Shown here piece by piece: positions 1 through 7,929 of a DNA stretch of 32,000 nt. The stretch is taken from positions 1 to 32,000 of the forward strand of contig NZ_JHUX01000008.1 in NCBI RefSeq assembly GCF_000619845.1, given 5' to 3'. Position numbers and translations under genes: made by a program. Each line of letters starts with the position of its first letter. Within the stretch, counting starts at the first letter, position 1. This DNA comes from Alkanindiges illinoisensis DSM 15370. Lineage in GTDB: Bacteria > Pseudomonadota > Gammaproteobacteria > Pseudomonadales > Moraxellaceae. The notes below the pieces were generated by a model that ran no database searches, had not been told where the DNA came from, and was given only the letters and a program-made list of their open reading frames with translations.

Positions 1-114
1 CAGATGTCTGTTGAGCTGATCCACCCGATCGCCATGGACCAAGGTCTGCGCTTTGCAATCCGTGAAGGTGGCCGTACTGTAGGCGCCGGTGTTGTAGCTA
101 AAGTAACTAACTAA
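1..114 (+). CDS. tuf: Elongation factor Tu, last 37 codons (5' end outside the window)
   Basis: Frame 1 reads [37 protein letters not shown] followed by TAA at 112-114. This is the conserved EF-Tu C-terminus. Confidence 0.9.
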   Translation, partial: QMSVELIHPIAMDQGLRFAIREGGRTVGAGVVAKVTN

Positions 115-132
115 TTTTTAGTTTTTTGCTTC

Positions 133-166
133 AAAAAAAGACGTCTTTAATGGCGTCTTTTTTTAT
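133..166 (+). terminator. Rho-independent terminator of tuf
   Basis: Stem aaagacg (137-143) pairs with cgtcttt (154-160) and runs into a T tract (158-165), 20 nt after the tuf stop. Confidence 0.7.
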
Positions 167-247
167 GTCTATTAAAACCTAAATATTCAGTGCCTGATTA
201 GTATAAAAAATAGCCATTTTGTGATAGTTTTTGCATTTTGAGTGAAC

Positions 248-318
248 AGTTGTCCCTAATTGACAAAAGGCTGGCCTATTTTGCACTACAGTAAAGTCGC
301 TTGGTTTTTTATGATCAG
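248..318 (+). promoter_or_regulatory. Conserved upstream box (copy 1) of the tandem paralogs, plus conserved TATGATCAG
   Basis: The 41-nt agttgtccctaattgacaaaaggctggcctattttgcacta (248-288) matches 1434-1474 at 33/41 positions with no gaps. It contains TTGTC-N7-GACAA dyad symmetry and a TTGACA hexamer. TATGATCAG (310-318) recurs at the same offset in copy 2. Confidence 0.5.
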
Positions 319-363
319 GGTATAGGCAGTGTCGTCTTTCGACGTCAGCAAGAGGAAAATAAC

Positions 364-1293
364 ATGAACGCCACCGTGACTAGCCCAACAGTTAATACGC
401 AAGTTGCTTCAAATAGCTCAATCAAGGCGAATGCCATCAAGGCCAGCTTTCCTGTACGTCGTATGGATTTTGAATTTAATCAGGTTCCTGAGTACTGGAT
501 GAACGGCTCTGCAGGCTTAACCCATTTTATGACTGCCTTGTCTGCCTTGTTTCCGGATGGTGAGAAGTTCTTTGTAGACAGTACCCGTGCGGTGCGTAAT
601 GATCCCAAGCTGGCTGACCCCTACATGCAAAAGGAAATCTCGGCCTTTATCGGTCAGGAAGCCATGCATTCCAAAGAGCACGTTGGGTTTAACCAGTCTG
701 CCAATTTTTATGGTCATGATGTTAAAGGTCTGGAAAAGAAAACCAATACGGTAATCCAGACTTTCCGTAAAGGCTTTTTGAAAGTTGCCAAGCCTTTTGG
801 CATTACACAGGAAATGATCGACCTGACTGCAACCACAGCGCTGGAGCATTTTACGGCGACTATCGCTTCCCAGTTACTGCGCAATGAAGAAATTCAGATC
901 AAAATGACTGACGAAACCATGTACCGCTTATGGATGTGGCATGCTGTCGAGGAAAATGAACACAAAGCCGTTGTATATGATGTGTTTGAAACCCTGTATG
1001 GTCGTGGCCCGAAAGCCTATGTCCTGCGTAATACGGCGCTGGTTGTTGCGATGGCTGCCTTGTTTTGTACCCAGTCTTATTTTGTCTACAGCTTGCTAAA
1101 AAATGATAACAAGCTCAATGCCAAAGAGCTGAGCAGTATTTTCAAATATGGCTATAGCTTAAAGCATGGCATTATCACTGGCATGATTCCAGAGCTGGTT
1201 GATTATTTCCGTCCTGGTTTCCATCCCAATGACCATGACACCAATGCGCTGTTGGCCCGCTGGAAAGAAAAGCTGGGTTTTAACACTCATTAA
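364..1293 (+). CDS. COG3687/PF10118-type predicted metal-dependent hydrolase, paralog 1
   Basis: The ATG at 364 is preceded by aagagga. The TTG at 301 in the ORF track is less likely. Family-typical motifs are present: FPVRRMDFEF, FPDGEKFF, GQEAMHSKEH, ALEHFTA, WHAVEENEHKA. It has its own terminator. Confidence 0.8.
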   Translation: MNATVTSPTVNTQVASNSSIKANAIKASFPVRRMDFEFNQVPEYWMNGSAGLTHFMTALSALFPDGEKFFVDSTRAVRNDPKLADPYMQKEISAFIGQEAMHSKEHVGFNQSANFYGHDVKGLEKKTNTVIQTFRKGFLKVAKPFGITQEMIDLTATTALEHFTATIASQLLRNEEIQIKMTDETMYRLWMWHAVEENEHKAVVYDVFETLYGRGPKAYVLRNTALVVAMAALFCTQSYFVYSLLKNDNKLNAKELSSIFKYGYSLKHGIITGMIPELVDYFRPGFHPNDHDTNALLARWKEKLGFNTH

Positions 1294-1332
1294 GACATAA
1301 GCGTTGTACCTTTAATCACTTGTTGTGCTTTA

Positions 1333-1360
1333 TAGCGGCTGATCATAGCCGCTTTTTTAT
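1333..1360 (+). terminator. Rho-independent terminator of paralog 1
   Basis: agcggct (1334-1340) pairs with agccgct (1347-1353), followed by TTTTTT. Confidence 0.75.
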
Positions 1361-1433
1361 TTAATAAAATTTAAAAACAGTCATTGAAATTTAAATTAAG
1401 GTAAATAATAAAACTCCTTTAGCGGCATAGTTT

Positions 1434-1503
1434 AGTTGTCCCTAAGTGATAAAACCCTGTCCTGTTTAGCACTAATTTTTATATTTAAATCTTCTATGAT
1501 CAG
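1434..1503 (+). promoter_or_regulatory. Conserved upstream box (copy 2), plus conserved TATGATCAG
   Basis: agttgtccctaagtgataaaaccctgtcctgtttagcacta (1434-1474) matches 248-288 at 33/41 positions. TATGATCAG lies at 1495-1503, 20 nt after the box (21 nt in copy 1). Confidence 0.5.
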
Positions 1504-1559
1504 AAATATAGTCGCATAAAGGTCATTGATAGAGGCCTATGCAAGCAGGAGGGAACATC

Positions 1560-2468
1560 ATGAATGCCAAAGTATCTCCACAGCCTAATATACCCGCAAT
1601 GCAAGGTGGTGTAGTCAAAGCCAGTTTTCCGGTACGTCGCATGGATTTTGAGTTCCAGCAGGTGCCGCGCTACTGGGCAGACCATGATGCAGGCCTAACC
1701 CATTTTATGACTGCCTTGTCTGCCTTGTTTCCGGATGGTGAGAAGTTCTTTGTAGACAGTACCCGTGCGGTGCGTAATGACCCCAAGCTGGCTGATCCCT
1801 ACATGCAAAAGGAAATCTCGGCCTTTATCGGTCAGGAAGCCATGCACTCCAAAGAGCATCTGGCTTTTAATGCTGCAGCGCAGGCCTATGGCTATGACGT
1901 GCGCAGGCTGGAAAATATGACCGGTGCTTTGATCAAAAACACCACTCGCGTGGTAGGCAAGCTACTCAAGCCCTTTGGTTTTACGCCGGAAATGATTGGT
2001 TTAACTGGGACCTGTGCGCTGGAACATTTTACCGCGACTATTGCTGCTGAATTGCTGCGTAACCCTGACGTTCAGGCCATGTTTAAAGATCAAACCATGT
2101 ACCGCTTGTGGATGTGGCATGCGGTTGAAGAGAATGAGCATAAGGCCGTGGTATTTGATGTGTATGCCACCCTGTATGGTCGTGGCCCGAAAGCCTATAG
2201 TATGCGTGCTGCAGCCATGGTGCTGGCTATGATATTTATTTTTATCACCCAATCCTATTTTACTGCGCGCCTGATGAAACAGGATAAAAAATTAACCTGG
2301 AAAGACACCAGATACATGATCAAATTCATGTATGGCCGCAAGGGTTTTATGACCCGGCAGATTCCTGAGCTGCTGGCATTTTTCTGGCCAAACTTTCATC
2401 CCAATGATTTTGACACCGATGCATTGCTAGCTCAGTGGAAACAAAAACTGGGATTTATCGCTGGCTAA
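1560..2468 (+). CDS. COG3687/PF10118-type predicted metal-dependent hydrolase, paralog 2
   Basis: The ATG at 1560 (MNAKVSPQ...) is preceded by gcaggaggg and parallels MNATVTSP of paralog 1. It carries the same motif set as paralog 1 and has its own terminator. Confidence 0.8.
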   Translation: MNAKVSPQPNIPAMQGGVVKASFPVRRMDFEFQQVPRYWADHDAGLTHFMTALSALFPDGEKFFVDSTRAVRNDPKLADPYMQKEISAFIGQEAMHSKEHLAFNAAAQAYGYDVRRLENMTGALIKNTTRVVGKLLKPFGFTPEMIGLTGTCALEHFTATIAAELLRNPDVQAMFKDQTMYRLWMWHAVEENEHKAVVFDVYATLYGRGPKAYSMRAAAMVLAMIFIFITQSYFTARLMKQDKKLTWKDTRYMIKFMYGRKGFMTRQIPELLAFFWPNFHPNDFDTDALLAQWKQKLGFIAG

Positions 2469-2544
2469 ATAAAGTTTGACTTAAATAACTCTGGATTAAA
2501 ACGGTCAATCATTGGTTAAATTGAGCAAGCAGGACAAATTCATC

Positions 2545-2571
2545 AAGCGGTCAGCCAGACCGCTTTTTTTA
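2545..2571 (+). terminator. Rho-independent terminator of paralog 2
   Basis: agcggtc (2546-2552) pairs with gaccgct (2558-2564), followed by a T7 run. Confidence 0.75.
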
Positions 2572-2663
2572 TGGGGTATAAACGCGCCTGTTATAGAGGG
2601 TAAAACACTGGGTTTCCAGTAATCGCTTAACTATAATCATGCTTTAAATTCTGGCGTATCGTT

Positions 2664-3149
2664 ATGGCCGCTTTACTTCGTGCAATGACACTGGCTGATG
2701 TTCCGGCAGTTTATGCCATTGAACAACAGGTGCAAACCCATCCATGGAGCCAGCAGTTGTTTATGGATAGTATTGCCGCAGGTCATCACTGTACGGTGCT
2801 GGAACAGCAGGACAGGGGACTAAGCCAGATTGTCGGGTTTTGTATTTTACAGCCAGTGCTGGATGAAGCCAATTTGTTGCTTATGGCCATTGCCCCCGCC
2901 AGCCAAAAACAGGGTTTGGGCTATCAATTGCTTGAGCAATCGATTGATGGATTGGTGAAGGCACGTGCTAGCCAGGGCTGCAATATGATTTTTCTGGAAG
3001 TGCGGCAAAGTAATCAGGCAGCCATTGTACTGTATGAAAAACTGGGATTTGCCCAAATTGACCTGCGCAAGAATTATTATCCAACCAGTACTGGCAAGGA
3101 ACATGCGGTCATTATGGCACTGACCCTGAGTATGGATTTTGCTCAATAA
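2664..3149 (+). CDS. rimI: Ribosomal-protein-alanine N-acetyltransferase (GNAT)
   Basis: Collinear with E. coli RimI as I recall it: IEQQ..HPWS, VLDEANLL.MAIAP..Q.QGLG..LLE, LEVR.SN.AAI.LYEKLGF, RKNYYPT..G.E.A.IMAL. Confidence 0.75.
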   Translation: MAALLRAMTLADVPAVYAIEQQVQTHPWSQQLFMDSIAAGHHCTVLEQQDRGLSQIVGFCILQPVLDEANLLLMAIAPASQKQGLGYQLLEQSIDGLVKARASQGCNMIFLEVRQSNQAAIVLYEKLGFAQIDLRKNYYPTSTGKEHAVIMALTLSMDFAQ

Positions 3150-3206
3150 ACAACTTAGAAAAACAGCAGGGCAGCTTGGTCGACTAACAAAAAGACACAG
3201 GCGCGG

Positions 3207-3983
3207 TTAATAGATCTGAATCATCTGGTTGACAGGCCCTAGGGACTTGCTGAGTTCCTCAATTTCCTGGTCACTTAAATGATCAGGCAGGCAAGTCCAC
3301 TGGCCATTCATCAGCACTTCCAGCGCCGCAAATTGTGCCTTGTACTTCATTTTGGGAGCGCTGGGCACCCAATAACCCAGATACACATAGGGCAACTGGT
3401 TGCGTTTGGCCCATTCTATTTGCTGTAAAATGGCAAAAGTCCCCAGACTACGTTGTGGCAAATCGGGATCAAAAAAGGTATAAACCGCAGAAATGCCATC
3501 ATCCAGATGGTCACAGGTAGCGACAGCCATCAACTGATCGCCCAGCCACATTTCCAGAAAAAAACTGTTGGTGCAGCTATCGACCAGAAATTTTTCAAAC
3601 TGTTCACGACTTGGTGGATACATATCTCCATCAGCATGGCGTAGCCGGATATAGCGCTCATAGAGCTGATAATGTACATCGGTGGCATGATAGGTCGCCC
3701 GGGTTTCCAGCCTTAAGTCCTTATTGCGCTTTAAGGCTTTTTGCTGGCTACTATTGATTTTAAATGAGTCAACCCGAATGCGCGCAGACAGGCACTGGCG
3801 GCAATGATTGCATTCAGGGCGATAGACAAAATCGCCACTACGCCGAAATCCCTGGCGTGATAATTCAGAGAGCGTGACGGTATCAATCCGCTTGACCGGA
3901 TCCAGAAATACCATGCGCGCGGCCCGCCCTTCAATGTAACTACACTGATGCGGCGGTGTAATGTAGTACTGAATGTCCTTCAT
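3207..3983 (-). CDS. bpt: Arginyl-tRNA--protein transferase family / aspartate-glutamate leucyltransferase (N-degron pathway)
   Basis: 258 aa. The N-terminus YYITPPHQCSYIEGRAARMVFLDP and the CxxC (CNHCRQC) are typical of bacterial ATE/Bpt. It lies directly downstream of aat. Confidence 0.8.
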   Translation of the reverse strand: MKDIQYYITPPHQCSYIEGRAARMVFLDPVKRIDTVTLSELSRQGFRRSGDFVYRPECNHCRQCLSARIRVDSFKINSSQQKALKRNKDLRLETRATYHATDVHYQLYERYIRLRHADGDMYPPSREQFEKFLVDSCTNSFFLEMWLGDQLMAVATCDHLDDGISAVYTFFDPDLPQRSLGTFAILQQIEWAKRNQLPYVYLGYWVPSAPKMKYKAQFAALEVLMNGQWTCLPDHLSDQEIEELSKSLGPVNQMIQIY

Positions 3984-4034
3984 GGTGGACTAATATAAAC
4001 GGCCCTTTATCCGGTTAACATAATCCGATATGGC

Positions 4035-4772
4035 TTAGTGAATCAAGTCCAAAAACGCATCAGTTGTTAATATATATTGAGTGGGAAATGCCCGGGCTGT
4101 AAATGCTTGCCAGTTGGGTGGCACCTGCATGATGACTGTTTTAAGCTGCTGTAAAAATTCACGGCGCGGTAGGGTAGTAGCACCCAGACTCATCAGGTGA
4201 TCATTGGGCAACTGACAATCGACCCAGGCAAAATCTGATGCAGCACACAGTTTCATCAAAAAGCAAAATGCCATTTTGGAGACATCAGTCTGGCGGCTAA
4301 ACATGGATTCACCAAAAAATGCCTGGCCAATTTGCACGCCATATAAACCGCCCACCAGTTGTGTGCCTTCCCAGACTTCTACACTATGCGCCAGGCCAGC
4401 ATCGTGCAAACCCGTATAGCCTGTAATAATGCCTTCGGTAATCCAGGTTTCCTGTGCATAGGCGCGTGGTTCGGCACAGGCGCGCACTACCTGCTCAAAT
4501 GCATGGCTAAGGGTAATGGTATAGCGGTCTTTTTTGAGCTGGCGAATTAGAGATTTGCTGGGCTGAAATTGTTTTGGGTAAATAATGCAGCGTGGGTCAG
4601 GACTCCACCAGCAAATTGGGTCGTCCTTGGAAAACCACGGAAAAATACCGTGGCAGTAGGCTTCCAGCAAGGTAGAAGGCGACAGGTCGGCACCAATGCC
4701 AACAATGCCCTCACCTTGTGGATCAACCTGTTCGGGATCGGGAAACACAAAGCAGGACGCTTCAATGTTCAT
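4035..4772 (-). CDS. aat: Leucyl/phenylalanyl-tRNA--protein transferase
   Basis: 245 aa containing GIFPWFSKDDPICWWSPDPRCIIYP and GESMFS motifs. ATG at 4772 with gagaa upstream. Confidence 0.85.
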   Translation of the reverse strand: MNIEASCFVFPDPEQVDPQGEGIVGIGADLSPSTLLEAYCHGIFPWFSKDDPICWWSPDPRCIIYPKQFQPSKSLIRQLKKDRYTITLSHAFEQVVRACAEPRAYAQETWITEGIITGYTGLHDAGLAHSVEVWEGTQLVGGLYGVQIGQAFFGESMFSRQTDVSKMAFCFLMKLCAASDFAWVDCQLPNDHLMSLGATTLPRREFLQQLKTVIMQVPPNWQAFTARAFPTQYILTTDAFLDLIH

Positions 4773-4819
4773 GTCTGGTTCTCAAATAATGCTTTCCATT
4801 TAAATAACCCATTGGCCTA

Positions 4820-6391
4820 TCATTCTGGGTTGCCTGAGGCAGGCAGGATTTTAAGGGCACGCAGTAACGGAAAGGATTCATTTTTAAAGGTTGTAGCCAA
4901 AGTTTCCAGATGATGCAGATTGTCCTTATCGCCACTGAGCTTTTGCTGATTCTGGTCAATCATGACCAGGCCTTGAGATTTTAAGACCTCCCAGCAATAG
5001 CTGGCCCACTGGGTCGGCTGCTGTAAATTTTTTACCGTGTAGGCATACAGGAAGAGCTGGTGTACCCGGCCTACATTATAAGCTGCACCAAGCACCGGAC
5101 TAGCCAGGACACTAATATTTGGACTAAGGTTAGCCTGGTTAATCAAATAGGCATTCAGGTTATCGCATTGCTGCTGTACCCGATTAATATGCTCAGGTGA
5201 CTGGCAGGGACTAATAAAATTGGAACCCGTCATGATTCTGATAATATCAATAACCTGCTCATAATTTAGTGCAGTTAGTTGGCTTAACAGGTAGCCAATT
5301 GTCTTTGGTGCATAATCCGCTTGTGCCAGCAGCTCCAGAAACGGCTGATAGATTTCCGGCTTTAAATCAAAAGTCCCTGCATAGCCAGTAACCTGATTTG
5401 GAATATGATTCAGTGGAGTTAACAGGACAATAGAAGTACTGAGTAATCTATTTTTCTGTTCAGCAAGGGTCAGGGCAACAGCACCACGCACAAACAGGTC
5501 TTTACGGAACTGACGATTAAAAAAGTAATCGCGGGTTTGCTCGCGTAGAATTGGATTTTCAATTGTGGTCAAAAACTCCAGCGCTTCTGCACTTAGATTT
5601 ATGGAGTTAACGTGAGTAATTAAATCAGTTGTACAGGCATATTGCAGTTTGCCTGCATCCAGCTGACGGTTCACATCGCGAAATGATAATGCCTGCCAGT
5701 TTAAATTAAAGTATTCGTGGGCCAGATAGTAAGGGTCTTTATTTTTAAGGTTATTAAGGGTAGTGATGACCTGAGGCATGGCTTTGACATACTGCGGCTC
5801 AAGATTAAACAAGGACTGAGTAAAATTCAGGGATTGCTGAATACGGGTAAGCACATTGGTTTCAGTGGTGCCAAGTTGACTATAGCTGTCAAACAGTTCT
5901 TTGATCGGTAATACTGCGCTAATGCCGGGTAAGCAGTTATAGCTTAAATACACGACACCGCCCGGTTTTAGATGCTGTTTAATAAAATCAATAATAATGT
6001 CCTGATTGTGCGAACTGATCCAGCTCCAGATGCCATGCAGGCTAATGCTGGAAAATTGGGGTAAATCCGAGCGTGCAAGCAGTTGTTCAAAACTGTCATC
6101 AAAAACCCGCGCTTGGCTCCCTGCTGCTACGGCCAGTTTATTGGCATGGGCTGCATGAGCTGGATTAAAATCAGTACCCATATAGGTGCCTGGTATGGCT
6201 GCAGCATGAATATTAAGACTTACGCCCTGGCCAAAGCCTAGCTCACAGTGAAAACTATTTTCATCGGCGGACAATGAATCATGGCCGGAAAGCAATAGGC
6301 AGAAATTTTGAAAGGTTGGACTTAGATCTTTGTAGTAACCATAAGTATAGGCAACATCAGTAACATAGCCATCGCTCCAGATATTTTGCAT
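4820..6391 (-). CDS. Class I SAM-dependent methyltransferase with C-terminal 'methyltransferase regulatory domain' (PF10119-like)
   Basis: 523 aa. The N-terminus WSDGYVTDVAYTYGYYKDLSP and the motif-I-like CELGFGQGVSLN are typical of this family as I recall it. ATG at 6391 with agga 10 nt upstream. It is 47 nt upstream of aat on the same strand. Confidence 0.65.
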   Translation of the reverse strand: MQNIWSDGYVTDVAYTYGYYKDLSPTFQNFCLLLSGHDSLSADENSFHCELGFGQGVSLNIHAAAIPGTYMGTDFNPAHAAHANKLAVAAGSQARVFDDSFEQLLARSDLPQFSSISLHGIWSWISSHNQDIIIDFIKQHLKPGGVVYLSYNCLPGISAVLPIKELFDSYSQLGTTETNVLTRIQQSLNFTQSLFNLEPQYVKAMPQVITTLNNLKNKDPYYLAHEYFNLNWQALSFRDVNRQLDAGKLQYACTTDLITHVNSINLSAEALEFLTTIENPILREQTRDYFFNRQFRKDLFVRGAVALTLAEQKNRLLSTSIVLLTPLNHIPNQVTGYAGTFDLKPEIYQPFLELLAQADYAPKTIGYLLSQLTALNYEQVIDIIRIMTGSNFISPCQSPEHINRVQQQCDNLNAYLINQANLSPNISVLASPVLGAAYNVGRVHQLFLYAYTVKNLQQPTQWASYCWEVLKSQGLVMIDQNQQKLSGDKDNLHHLETLATTFKNESFPLLRALKILPASGNPE

Positions 6392-6493
6392 GTTTTTGAA
6401 TCCTGTTTGTACTTTGCTATTAGAATAAGTCTATTGATAAAGTGACTATAGTTAAAAATACAGCGTAAACGGAAGCCTGTAAAACTGGAAATA

Positions 6494-6531
6494 TAAAAAA
6501 ACCGTGCATATCAGTGGATAAACACGGTTTT
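6494..6531 (-). terminator. Rho-independent terminator of trxB
   Basis: aaaccgtg (6499-6506) pairs with cacggttt (6523-6530). On the minus strand the hairpin is followed by T7 (complement of 6494-6500). Confidence 0.7.
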
Positions 6532-6591
6532 GTGGGTTGATCCTGATTAAGCCAGCAATGCTAAAACCAGAAATTAACCAGATTCAAGACT

Positions 6592-7617
<1,026 letters not shown>

Positions 7618-7929
7618 TTATACGGCAGATCATTGCAAATGCCAGAAAGGAATCACAAGAAAATACATATCATCATAATCGGTTTTCCCGTTTTGGCAGA
7701 CTGGCATGACCCGATCAGTTGCAGTGCAATAAAGTGGCTATTTACATCCATCCGCTAGACGCCACAGCCAGAACAGGTCAAACTTGGGAGTTATACTGGC
7801 TTTTCGGTATGATGCCTTTTGGCACACTGTTTTGATAACATGCCTTGATAAAAAGTAGTGCGCAGGGGCGCATGATGAGCGCATGGTAATTATGGCTAAT
7901 TGTAGCTGATACTTGGTGGTAGGACATTA

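Noticed and set aside
271-286. Sigma-54-like TGGC...TTGCA inside upstream box copy 1 (ctGGCctattTTGCAc).
   Set aside because: GG-to-GC spacing is two nt shorter than the -24/-12 consensus. The GG is also not conserved in copy 2 (ctGTCctgttTAGCAc).
301-363. N-terminal extensions suggested by the ORF track: 301 (TTG), 1539, 7596 (TTG), 13244 (TTG), 13365, 24889 (TTG) and 28231 (TTG).
   Set aside because: In each case a downstream ATG has a better SD, or matches the conserved N-terminus of the family or its paralog. The extensions add non-conserved sequence.
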